Notes under the pieces: model-generated
The model's input: only the letters and a program-made list of their open reading frames with translations
Databases searched by the model: none
Told to the model about the DNA's origin: nothing
Made by a program: the position numbers and the translations under genes
Source: Azolla caroliniana
Taxonomy: Eukaryota; Plantae; Polypodiophyta
DNA length: 64,000 bases
Assembly (NCBI GenBank): GCA_043228905.1
Contig: JBHGNT010000010.1
Location: 10,912,001-10,976,000, forward strand
Reading direction: 5' to 3'
Part shown: positions 26,001 through 38,297 of the stretch, one piece after another
How the letters are laid out: every line of letters starts with the position of its first letter
How positions within the stretch are numbered: the stretch's first letter is position 1

Positions 26001-26564
26001 AGCGAAGGAAGACACCCACAGCCGAAAATGGTTAAGTGGGTGTCTACATCCGGGTATGTAATGACATATGCAGGGGGAGCTGTTTCATGGCAATCGAGGC
26101 TGCAGAAGACGGTTGCATTGTCAACCACAGAGGCGGAGTACATGGCGGCTGTGGAAGCCGGCAAGGAAATATTATGGATGAAGGACTTCATCGGAGAGCT
26201 CGGTATCCGGCAAGATGAATACCGACTCTATTGCGACAGTCAAAGTGCCATCCACCTTGCTAAGAATGCGGCCTACCATTCCCGGACGAAGCATATCTAG
26301 CGGAGGTATCACTGGATCCGAGAAAGAGTAGATGACCAGGAGTTCGCGCTGATGAAGATCCACACGGCCGAGAACGGGTCAGATATGCTGACCAAAGTGC
26401 TGATACCCGACAAGCTAGATGCATGCCGGAAGAGAATCGGACTGGTAAGACACCCCATGCCAGAGTGAAGGGGGAGTTTGTTGGGAGACAAGTCCCTCCG
26501 GATGGGAAGGGAGAAGAACAGTGCCGATGAACAAACTCGGCCGAGGCCGAAACCGTATGAGGAA

Positions 26565-26968
26565 GACCCGGCTACGGAGAGCCGGATGGTGCAGACCCGG
26601 TATGAACCGGATGAGGAGTACCCGGCTACGGAGAGCCGGATGGTGCAGACCCGGTATGAACCGGATGAGGAGTACCCAGCTACGGAGAGCCGGATGATAC
26701 AAACCCGGTGAAGACCGGATGAAGAGTACCCGGCTACGGAGAGCCGGATGGTGCAGACCCGGTATGAACCGGATGAGGAGTACCCAGCTACGGAGAGCCG
26801 GATGATACAGACCCGGTGAAGACCGGATGAAGAGTACCCGGCTACGGAGAGCCGGATGGTGCAGACCCGGTATGAACCGGATGAGGAGTACCCAGCTACG
26901 GAGAGCCGGATGATACAGACCCGGTGAAGACCGGATGAAGAGTACCCGGCTACGGAGAACCTGATGAA
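26565..26968 (+). repeat. 54-bp tandem repeat in 3' LTR (~8 units)
   Basis: GCTACGGAGA recurs every 54 bp from 26571 to 26949. Confidence 0.92.
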
Positions 26969-27744
26969 GAGACATATTCATAAATATGTTTCTGAGAGTC
27001 CATCGAGGCTATATTTGTAAATAGCCGAAAAGTCATATTAGTATAAATATGACTTAGGGCAAACTTTTAGGTGTTGTCGTCATTTTTTGTTGGTGCAAGA
27101 AGAAGAGAGAGCACGTAACAGTGTACAGAGAGAGAGAGAGAGAAATAGTTTGATGCCTCTGTTGTAACCGCCGCCTGTGGCGAAGATAGTGAGCACGAGG
27201 TCGTTGCCTCCGTGAACTCACTGTTTGTACATTCCAACATAGTGATAGTTTGCAGCCTGTGGGCTGCCGTGGTTTTTCCCTTTGTGTGGGTTTTCCACGT
27301 AAACATCCTGTGCACTCGTTTCTTCTTCGTGTAGTGCTTTATTTCTTGTTTTCTGTGTATGATTCTAAGCTCGGTTGTGGCCGAGCGTTGCGCATAAGGA
27401 GCGTTGAGTTCCCGTCAGTAACTGCCCCGATCGTGGCCCCTTCTTCAGCCTTTTTCTAGCTGGTTGCCTATTTAGCCTTGCTTCTTTGACCCATTGCGCA
27501 AGTGTGTCCTCCTCCGACAACCTTTCCATCACCTCAGTAGCGGCTTGCAGGTCAGACGCGTCTTGCACTAGCTTTTCTAGTACAGTGGGATCTGTTTGGA
27601 CATTATCAGTAGTTGGGCTCAATGGGGTGGAATCAAGGTTTTGGGATTCGAAGAAATGTTGCGTCAAGTGTTCAAAAATACTATTGTTGTGAACCTTAGA
27701 TTTACATGTTGTTTCCAATATTTCATGGCTTTTCACATCGTTGC

Positions 27745-28660
27745 CTAATTAGCTACCACATAGCTAATTAGCTATTGTACTAAACTATGGTAGTAGCTAA
27801 TTAGCTATTGTACTAAACTATGGTAGTAGCTAATTAGCTTCCACTTAGCTAATTAGCTACTCAGCTGAAGTATGGTAGTAGCTAATTAGCAATTACTTCG
27901 CTAATTACCTATTGTACTAAACTATGATAGTAGCTAATTAGCTACCATTTAGCTAATTATCTACCATTTAGCTAATTAGCTATTGTATTAAACTATGGTA
28001 GTAGCTAATTAGTTACCACTTAGCTAATTAACTACTCAACTACTTAGCTAACGTATGGTAGTAGCTAATTAGCTACCACTTGGCTAATTAGCTATTGTAC
28101 TAAACTATGGTAGTAGCTAATTAGCTACTCAACTGAAGTATGGTAGTAGCTAATTAGCTACTACTTAGCTAATTAGCTACTGTACTAAACTATGATAATA
28201 GTTAATTAGCTACCACTTAGCTAATTAGCTATTGTACTAAACTATGTTAGTAGCTAATTAGCTACTGAGGTAAAGTATTGTAGTAGCTAATTAGCTACCA
28301 CTTAGCTAATTAGTTATTGAACTAAACTGTGGTAGTAGATAATTAGCTACTATATTCAACTATGGTAGTAGCTAATTAGCTACCACTTAGCTACTTAGTT
28401 ACTCAACTAAACTATGGTAGTAGCTAATTAACTACCACTTAGCTAATTAGTTATTGTACTAAACTATGGTAGTAGTTAATTGGCTACCACTTAGCTAATT
28501 AGGTACTCAGTTAAAGTATGTTAGTAGGTAATTAGCTACCTCTTAGCTAATTAACTACATGTTAGGTAATTAGCTACTACACTACAACCATACTAGCTAA
28601 ATAGTTTCCACACTGTATACAGCTTACCTAATTAGCAAAGATGGAATTAATTAGCTACAC
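27745..28660. repeat. Second TAGCTAATTAGCTA palindromic minisatellite array (~900 bp), filling an intron
   Basis: Same units and same orientation as 18795-19215, with 33-bp and 52-bp variants. Lies between minus-strand donor 28684 and acceptor 27745. Confidence 0.95.
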
Positions 28661-31600
28661 TATGGTCAAAAGCAGCAATTTTACCTGTGTGCTTTCTCCA
28701 CTCAACTGGGAGAGCTGTACTACAATCCCCCAAACAGAATGTGACAGGCATATTGAAAACAAATGATATGGTATGTGTGCTGGCATGGTTGTAGGTGAAC
28801 CAATAAAGTAGCAGATCTGTCCTCTACACATAATCCACAAGCGATGCAACATGCTTGAACAGTCAATATATTGTTTCCTGGTTCTCCTTCATTTGGTAAG
28901 GAAGCAAGAATGTTCAGGTCCAATTCTTGTCTGCTCCTTACCATCCCCTCCATAAAATGTAGCTGCTTCTTAAGGCAGCTAACTACCTGTTCTTGATGGG
29001 AGTATTGTTCCTTCAACGTAGCTGAGAAATTTACCGATTAATTATTCCTTAATGAGGAAGATACAACAACAAGAAACAAGAATCATTAACTTACTTGTAG
29101 CTTTTCCAAATTGTAATCAGCGACAGTATTTACACCTAGAAGGTCCAGGTTCATTGAAAGAACCTGGATCTCTGTCTGCAGTTGAATTTTCCGTTGGGGA
29201 TCCAGCGACCCCTCAATTTCAAGTTTATGTTGAGCAACCTGTTCCAGATAATGCCTTATTAGCACATTTTCATGTACAAGTTATTTCTTGACAGATCTGT
29301 TTCTTCGGTTCTCCTCCTCTCTTTTTCCACTAATACCTTGGGAGTGTTCACCCTTGTTATCTTGGCAGTCGTTGTCAAGGAATCTACTAGGTCATTCCAC
29401 CCAGTACTACTCTTCATCGGCACTCCGAATACATATGGTTGGATTCTCTTTTCACTAGTTGACTTGATCACATTTTCCTAGAATCTTGATACAATTGCGA
29501 TCACCACTCTTACAAGAGGAAGATTGGTTTGCCAAAAGGATTCTTTGGGTGGACTTGAAGTCACATTCTTTCCTTGAGAAGAAGGGCTTTTGCAATAAAC
29601 CACTTTAACATCTTTTTTTCACTCATGTTTGCAAAAAAAAAGTGAAAAAGAAGTGTGTGGTAGAACTCAAACTCACAATACCTCTTTGGAAATGATTGTT
29701 CAAGGTAAACCACTTCGATACTCCTCTTTTTCTTTTCTTTATTTTCCATTGTTTTATGTAGGCAAAATGTCTCTTGCACAAACCATCTTCACGACTTTCC
29801 TTCTCTCATGGCCTCCTTGATGTCGCGCCTTCTTCATGCTTGTGAGCTCCTCCTTTCCTCAATTTCCATTCACTTGCTTTTCGTGCATGTTCCCACCATG
29901 GGAGATGGGCTTTATGGGGGGGCAAACCTCCTCTTCTCCCTTTGTTACCCTCCTTGAGGCAGCTTGCTCACCACCTGTACGGATAGGTAGTTGAGAGGTT
30001 GTGTCTTGGGCTTCTAGACTCTGATTCACGAACAATAAAGTCATACAAACTCCTTGTCTCAAGAACTACCTAGTGCGTAATCTTGTTTTTAGCTTTTTGA
30101 TATCGTGAAGCTAAGGCTTCACGACATCAGTTTGTGTCAGCTTCCTCCATTATCTAGGAGCCAAGTGTCTCGTGATGCATGCACACTTGAAGACACTTCA
30201 TTGAGGCTTGGAAATCCAACATTATTCACTTCCTCCATTAGCCACTAAACAAGGTTTAATATAACAAGAGAAATATTCCTTGTGCTCCAACATGGGCATA
30301 TATAGGTATAATTCAACTGGTGAAGTGAGGGATTAACCTTAGATTCCATTAATGTCACCTTTCCCTTTCATAGAATAGGTTGATCTACCCGATAGGGCTT
30401 ATTCACACCTAATCGTGCTGACATCTTGTCCATGCTACATCTAAGACTCTTGCAACCCAAACCTTTTCAACAATAACAACTACTACTTGATCATCAATGA
30501 GAACTTTTTTCTTTCCATTCACATTGAACATTTGGATAATACTCAACTTATTGAAATGGAGTAGTAATACAATGAATATCATGTTCAATAAGACATGTTT
30601 TAAACATAAAACATCAATGTCAATATTTAGCTTTGACTTGAATTCCCTCATACAAGTATCAAAATTCAATTACTTCATGCTCGTTTCAAAACTATTACGG
30701 CATCATATTCTAAAGGAACTGAACGATCCATCATCCATTATGATTCTTCAATATTCTCCATAAGGTAAATTTGGTGCTTAAAAAACTTATTTACCTAGAA
30801 AGCAATTTCTTGGTCTAATATCACTATGATGACTTTATTCACCATCCCTAGAGAACATAAAGACATGATACAAACTTACCTCTTAACCATCATAGTGTTA
30901 TTTCTAGTATTTCACACACAAACACTTTATGTTGAGCCAGAAGCCTTGATACAAATGCGTGTTTGGCATGTCGGTAGTATTATAGTTTGTGCATCGATGT
31001 ATCAATTCATGTGGAATACACGATGCTTAACGTCACTAAAGCAAAGCATATGGATTCAACAACATGGACTATAGTGAATAGTTGAAGAATTATAGAATTG
31101 CTCATAACTATGACCTAAGAGGGCTTCTTTCTAAACAGAGCTACTTTTGTTGTTGTCTATGGATATGGACACCTTGCAATGTGTCTAGGGAATAGATTGT
31201 AATTATTGGATTGTTTTTTCTATGTTGGAGTACATAGATTTGTTTCCTCAGCCATTATCTTACACAAGACGGGTTTGGGAAAAAATACTTTTTATGTTGA
31301 ATCGTTATGACCTTTCTATATAACTAATGGAAGGATATTTTGTTTTGGAAAAAAAAACATGAACTATAGTGAAACGTTAGAACAAGATGTCATGTTGGGA
31401 GTACCATAATCCACATGACAATGTAAAAATGTGAAGGACAATGTGATGTTTGGATAACCTTCTTGAGGAATGAAGGAAGCCATTGAATGATCACCCAACA
31501 ATAGTGAGTATACATACATACATATATATATATGCATGCATGCATGCATGCATCTTTAATAACATAATAAACATACATAAAGTTATTTCCAAACTTTCCA

Positions 31601-32219
31601 CCATATGATCACCTACGTTTTTAAAGTAGCATGTTTTGTGCATGCGATAGAGACAATACATGTTTCAAAGGAGAATGGTTTCTCAATTATGAATTTTACA
31701 TAAGAAAGATTTTAAAGGTCGTGGAATTTTGGATATTTGTTGAACCTACTGGACACGCGTCTTTCATTTTTTAATAAATCCTAGTTCTTTAGGGTTAGTA
31801 AAACAATAATTATTTTAATTGTCTATGTTAAATGACATCAACATCATAATCTATTTACTCTATATATACCTACAAAATATATTTCATAAAGAGGAGTCAA
31901 TATTATAAAAACATGTATTTGGAGAACTTATTACCAAAAGGAAGTTTGAGAAAATGTGTACTCATATGTATCGATAAACATGATTGATTGATATATTTCC
32001 TATTTCCCTCCATAGGTGGGAGGTGTGTGTGTGTGTGGTGTCACGTGTGTATGTGTATGTGTTTGGGGGATGGGGTGGTGTCGCAGTGTTGCAGTGTGGC
32101 AATGTGACAATGTGACAATGTGGCAATGTAGCAATGTGGCATGGGGGAGTGGGCGCGATGGGGGGTCTTTCTTAGAAATGTGTTGGAGAGAAAAGAACAT
32201 TGTATCCAAAAACACCTCC

Positions 32220-34409
32220 TCAAACTTGAATATGATGCTCAAACTTGGTCATTTCATGGGGTTCTAATGCAATAAGGAGATTCACTCCACCCTCATCATC
32301 TTCATTGCAATTAGAGACAATGAGAACAATTTCCACGGTACTACCCATGACAGGTCCCGCATAGATTGGATTCCCCCAGCCAAAGTCAAGCTTGTGAAAA
32401 GGGAGCTTCCACCATGCAGATAAGTAAAAGTTCCCATTAACTCCTGCAGATGGGATACCCTTGTGAACCTCTAGCCAATCAATTGAAGACGATACGTAGT
32501 CCGCTGTTATCCTATCTATGCCTTCTTGAACCTTCTCCACACAAAATGAGAGGGGCTTAGAAACTATCTCATAAGCTAAAGCTTCAGCATGAGCCGAAAC
32601 CACTCCATTTCCGGTATAGTATTTAGACAAAGGAGGATCTACACGTTGGCGTATATCCATTGCAAACAACACTAAAGTTGGTTTATCCATCTCAATCGAT
32701 TCAATAGACTTCACGCGTGCTTGCCAAACATGTGCCAACATTGCCTCAAAGGTTGAGCACTTTTTCACTCCCTCCTCTAAAGCCCTCTCTTTTAGCTTTT
32801 GCAACATGTGTGACTGAAAAGGGAATGAACGATAAGCATGGTGAGGGGATATTTCAGAAGCATAGGGCGTTGTAATTTGTTCTCTTTGAGTAAAGGATGT
32901 ACGAAAGATCGGTATCTCCACTAACTCTGGATGTGGGTATTTGATTATAGGAGGATTGCGTGCCTTTAAACGTGTACGATCAAAAGTAGGATGATAAAGT
33001 ATACTTTCTCCCTTTGTTAATGCGGCCAGATTGTGAAGAAAATGCACCGAGGAGGTGCCATCCAACATTATGTGACTTGTGCAAAGTCCAAGTACAAACC
33101 CTCCACATTTAAATGTTGTCACCTATCAAGGAATAGCTTCTAGAAATTAAATCATATAAAATTTAAAAGGGCTTCAATTATGTATTCTTGTAAAAGGTAC
33201 ATTACGAATATGAGACTGAATGGGAACCAAACCCATTCAATAGGAACAATCATTCTCAAAATGATAAGAGAGTTACTCTATTCTTGAGCATGTGTGTGCA
33301 TAAAATTGATTTTATATGCTAAAGCAAATAAATGCAATGGATAGGTGTCATGTTAATGTGTTTCTCAGTAGCAATAGAGGACATTCATATTCATAGTTAA
33401 AAAGGGACTTGGTAAATGTATCAATATTACAAAGTGAGTTTGAACCAATGCAAACAAATTATTAATATGTGTCTCATTAAGTTGTGATCTATCCTATGCT
33501 ACTAGTTTCCTAATAATAAGTTAAGTTTATTCGTTCCAGCTAGCATGAAACATTTTGTCCCAAAAAATGACCCAAATGAGAGTTGTCATAGCCTCAATAT
33601 ACACCTACCTCGAGGGGGCTAAATGAGACATGCCCCAAAAAGCATACCATGCTAGTATGGTTGGAAAGATCTTAGTGGGAATATTGTAGAACGCCAATGA
33701 TCATTCCTTGTGAAGGTGTATAGTGAAAGTTGTTCCTTAAATCAACCCCAAAATTTCCAAAATAATAGCATCTTTCCAAGTGGTGGAGAGATTCCAGTTT
33801 TCCCAAAAACATATTGCCTATAGATTTATAAAGTTAGTTTTATGCTATTGAAATTTCAATTTCCAATATAAAAAATGCAGTTACCACGACATTGTTGAAA
33901 ATGAATATAATACAAATTTTATCAACATGTCTACAAAATAAAATTGATAGCAAAGATAAGAGGTAAACCTGTAGAGTAACAATTGGTGGGTCTACTTCAT
34001 TTGTCGGTGTTAAAACGAAGCTCTTGTATCCAGGATTTACAAAACTTATTTCACCCAAGTCATCTAATGAATGTTCTGAAGTGGCTGAAGCTAGAAATAC
34101 TCCTTTTGCATTGCAATCAATTTCCATTCTATCTTCATCTACATTGAATTTTACCCTACCAGCCAATGGATAATATGTCACTAAGAGTTCACTCAATGCA
34201 TCACGTAGTCTACCAACTAAAGACTTAGGATCCATACATGGTTTAGCTCTATAGAAATAGGCAGTTTCAACTGGGAAAGCTACTGTTTGATCTATATTTG
34301 ATAGAAAGAGGGGTTCTTGTGGTGTAGGAAATGAAGGAATGATTGTCAGAACCTCATCAATCGTAACCTTAAGATCCGTCAAAGGAGTTTCGTATAATGT
34401 TTCATCCAT
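32220..34409 (-). CDS. BAHD (HXXXD) acyltransferase, GLAUCE / omega-hydroxypalmitate O-feruloyltransferase-like
   Basis: Exon 1 34409-33969 (LFLSNIDQ, YYPLAGR, ends TLQ|GT) and exon 2 33122-32220 (HIMLDG, DFGWG). Conserved BAHD Q-intron position; 447 aa with no disruptions. Confidence 0.93.
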
Positions 34410-36223
34410 TTTGTCAAAAATGAAATGCCTACAATCTCATTTAATGAGCTTCAATTTTCTTTATACAAGTTGAAGGATGTAGACTTTGTGTGCTTATCTT
34501 GCATAGATCATACATGATCATTATAAATATTACTCACACATAACATGCTTTAGGAAAAGTGTGTAAAATTATTAGTTAGGCATGTTCTTATGCGAGTGCA
34601 AGTGAATTGTAGACTTTCTTAGGTCATACTCTTTCCAAGATGAAATATTCATAAAACATCATGCAAACAATATGATATAAGACATCCAACCAACTTGCCA
34701 TCAGGCCTACGTCATGTTTACGGCATGATGCAACATTGCTTACGAGCTCCAACATGGATCATGTTATTTCAATGAGCTTGTCTAGAGTTATTGAAGAGCT
34801 TGGTAATAACATAACCCTCCTCGAAAAAATATTAGTATTAACAATATGAATTTTCTTGCTTTGAAAGTTCAAGTGAGCATAAATTTTAATATCCAATACA
34901 CTTTGCTAATCCTTTGTATTCATAATACTTTAATGTTTGACAAACATATTAGCTATCAGTTATCAAATTTAACATTATAGCAATAAATCGAATCGACACC
35001 CTTGATATATTGACACAAGAAAATTATATTTCATATTACATACCTTAGTAGAATAAATTATTTCTTTGTATTGCACTTCATATTTTCATAATTCCTTCAT
35101 CACATTGATGAAGTTTTTGTATGATACTTTCAGCATTGGTGATACTCTCATTGAAGGACAAGAAATTGACTAGCCTTCAAGAGTTTGGTGAAAGAAAGGT
35201 TGGTAAACTTAATATTATGAATTTTGTATATTAAAGAAACTAAAAGTTTTGACCCATAATACATAAATACTTTATGCATATATCCCCTATGAAAGAACAT
35301 GCTAGTCATTTTAATCATAGTTATCCAAAAAGGATGCAAGAATGTTGAATGAAACATTTCGTCATGTTGTCAAAAAGGCTCCCAAAGATATGGTCCATGA
35401 TCATCCTTTTTGTAACAACAGTTCAAATAAAATATAATCCATGGGCATACTTTTTGATCCTAATCAAACAAGTATTCCTATAGCACACAAAATAAGATCA
35501 CCATTAGATTCATAGTTATTTATTAAACATATTAGTCAAAATAAATGCCAAATATATCTTGTCAACAATTGTCCTTGTGTACCGCATGTAAAGCAAGTGT
35601 TTCTATAGTATTGAAAACAAACTTTAAACCCCTTGTTTTATTTATGTTCTTGTTAAAGACTAGAATTTATTGCTTTTCTTTGTACTTTTTTTGTGCATTT
35701 GCACATGTTAACGTCTAAATGGAGCTCCAACAATGCTTTCATGATATCATATCAAAGACTATGAAGTAATGATAGGTTGGCCATTGGTTCCCTTTTTACA
35801 TTGGAGTTATTTTACTTACAACAATGTCTCTTACTAACAATGATGCTACCGTTCTTTGGCAAGTTTCAAAGGTTACCCATACATACCTCCTCCACCCCAT
35901 CTAAAAACGTTTCTAGTATGTCAAACAAGTTAACATTTATTCAATATGTGAAAACCTCTCTTAAATGGTACCCTTTGTATGCAAGAAATGTATCAAATAC
36001 ATCTGGATTTAGAAAAGCCTTTCTATTGAACCCATGTGTTGTGATGACATACTAATAGGCATTGATGCCCCCTATGAACAGTTGAGATGTATCTTATAAC
36101 TAAACTAGAATCTATGCCATCATGACTTTCTTAGGGTATCTAGAGAAGTTAGGAACATTGTCTCTTCCTTCATATTTTGGCACAAAGTAATCTATCCTAG
36201 TGCTTGCAACTTCTTCTCTTGTA

Positions 36224-36515
36224 TCCTTTTCGTACAGCTCTTCCAACTTGTTCCGTAGCACCATTTCGTTTCCTAATTTTCTAGTTTCTTAAGTTAAGCA
36301 CACTCTTCCATTGTACATCTCATTCCTTACAAGTAATTGAACATCCTTGAGACCATATTCTTGCATAATTAAGCATTCCTTTTCGTACAGCTCTTCCAAC
36401 TTGTTCCGTAGCACCATTTCGTTTCCTAATTTTCTAGTTTCTTAAGTTAAGCGCACTCTTCCATTGTACATCTCATTCCTTACAAGTAATTGAACATCCT
36501 TGAGACCATATTCTT
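36224..36515. repeat. Near-perfect direct duplication, period 153 bp
   Basis: TCCTTTTCGTACAGCTC...GAGACCATATTCTT at 36224 and at 36377. Confidence 0.9.
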
Positions 36516-38297
36516 CCCTCAACATTGTTTTAACGGATAGGATCATTTAAGTTTGATATAACATATTTCATTATAAGCATAATAAGATCAGCATGTTTAG
36601 TATACAACTAGTTATTCTATCGCATCCCATTTATTACAACTTGTTTTCTTTCCACTTTTGACTATTTTGGTATTTACTTGAGTACAAATTGGAACTCATT
36701 TGGATTTTGCATGATAATAATACATGTATGAAAATGTATCCCAAATTCTTTTTTTCTATTCAAAAGATCAAAGCCATCTAACTTAAGGAAAACTAGAGTT
36801 GTACATAAACATGTACTAGTCTTACAATATATTTGCGTGATTTGTACACACATAACCAATTCGACTCACGACTCAAATTTTCTTGTAAGGACTTTAATTT
36901 GTTAGCATCCTTGTAAAAAACAACACTACCATTTTCACTCTTTGTATATTGTTCATGAACTCAAGCTATAAATTATAAGTAAAAACAAGATAAGAGGGCT
37001 TCTCATTTTGCAACATCAAATAGGTGCTCAACATTTGAAACCCATGAACTTAAGCTAGAAATGAAAAGTGCATGGCTTTTCATCACCATCATGTTGCTGC
37101 ATTCATACCTTAGAATTTGAATATTTCAATGCATATAAGTGATTCTCTACAAGAATGTCTTACATTACGTAATTGCATGAATATTAATGTTTTCACCATT
37201 TTTTGTTCTTCCATAATTTCTCATTACAAACACATATTTCCTTAATGGTTTTTGGCTTCTCATTACTAAGACCTATAAAAACACATGTGAAAGAATGTAG
37301 CAATATCAGTTGTTTATTTGTTGGTTTATTTTTTCTTTGGTATGAAAGGAAAAGTGACCTAATGATATCTAGAAATAGCTGTAAAAAGACATTACCAATG
37401 CTAAAAATATCAAAATGTTATACCACTAGATATTAGTTTTTGACTTGAGAGATACATTAGGTCATCTGTTCAACTTGCTTTTTCAATTAGAAAAAGACGA
37501 GGCATACAGTCTTATATTGATTACCTTCACCATTTCTCTATTGGATCACTGTCATTAGATTACAATTTCTCCACTCCTTTTTCCAACACTTCACCTAGAA
37601 CTCTAATCTTCGCCAATGCTTTCTGACACCTCTTAGAGGGCCTTGAAGGAAGAAGTGGGAGGAAGCTGACTTATTATTATGTATAATGATTCGATCCACT
37701 GCAACCAATGAAGTGGATTTGGTGTAATGCCTAGAATGAAGTCAATGTCAATGTGATACGAGAACAATAATGTGTTATAAATGTGCATAAACACAATAAA
37801 TCCTGGGAACAAATGGTGACAGACATCCCAAACGAAGGCCATTGTTGGTATTCTTTTCCTTGCTATTTAGCCAATGTACACATCCCTTGAAAATGTCAAT
37901 CAGCTAAATTATCCTAAACATGATATGAATCTCTCTAATGAGGGTGCAGATGATGACCTTTCACATCATCATGCCTTCAAAGAATGAGCAAAATGGTTTT
38001 CATATAAAACAAGACAGCCTACAGTTAAATCTCCAGAAACTCAAGTCCAAAAATGCAACCACAAAAATGTGTCCGCACCCAGGCCTACAACCTTCAGAAT
38101 GACTTCTATAAATTGCTCTCTAGCATATAAGAGAGATTATTAGGCATCAAACTTCACGATAAGTTATAATACCTCATGCATACAAAACAAATATGCAATA
38201 AAATGTTCAAGAGGATCTCATCCTTTTCAATCTACAAAAAAGGAAGAAAACATTTGTTTTTATACTGTAATCGATGGGTTTTATATTTTATTGTATG

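Larger units (their letters stand above)
22702..27417 (+). mobile_element. Ty1/Copia element with RT deleted
   Basis: LTRs 22702-23483 and 26479-27417 (TG...CA). TSD GTAAT/GTAAC. PBS TGGTATTAGAGC; PPT AAGGGGGAG. gag, protease ([10 protein letters not shown]) and integrase present; sequence jumps from KWLS to STSGYVMT (RNase H) near 26040. Confidence 0.95.
21444..29520 (-). pseudogene. Spliced gene: coiled-coil + RING-H2 + acidic linker + FCP1/NIF-like HAD domain, disrupted by stops and a Copia insertion
   Basis: Exons ~29520-29095, 29022-28685 (CIAC...PCQHTYHIIC...CLGDC, with frameshift), 27744-27418, ~22520-22240 and 22238-21444. The last reads RRALILELDKV...PRGDINQFLEWAVQYFDLFIWS...FKRLSDFWDTWPDYNADNTLILD. 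GT-AG junction 28684/27745 is phase-consistent. Confidence 0.65.
17415..29726 (+). mobile_element. Large degenerate Sola2-like DNA transposon with a convergent accessory gene (left end lost)
   Basis: Transposase at 19257-21077. The palindromic motif occurs at 17415-17450, 18795-19215 and 27745-28660. Candidate right terminus reads 5'-GAGGAGTATCG on the minus strand at 29726, consistent with Sola GRG termini. No left TIR or TSD found, so boundaries are tentative. Confidence 0.6.

Noticed and set aside
22656-26981. Repetitive ORFs (HPALRSRVLLIRFIPGL / PATESRMVQTRYEPDEE) as genes
   Set aside because: They are translations of the 54-bp LTR tandem repeat.
27745-28660. CRISPR array interpretation of the palindromic repeats (also 18795-19215)
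   Set aside because: Spacers are short (5 and ~19 bp) and themselves repeated rather than unique; no cas genes; eukaryotic context.
29860-31100. Possible decayed coding sequence or transposase
   Set aside because: No recognisable motifs in the frames I could read.
35140-36900. Possible decayed DNA-transposon ORF upstream of the BAHD gene
   Set aside because: Many stops and no diagnostic motif or termini identified.
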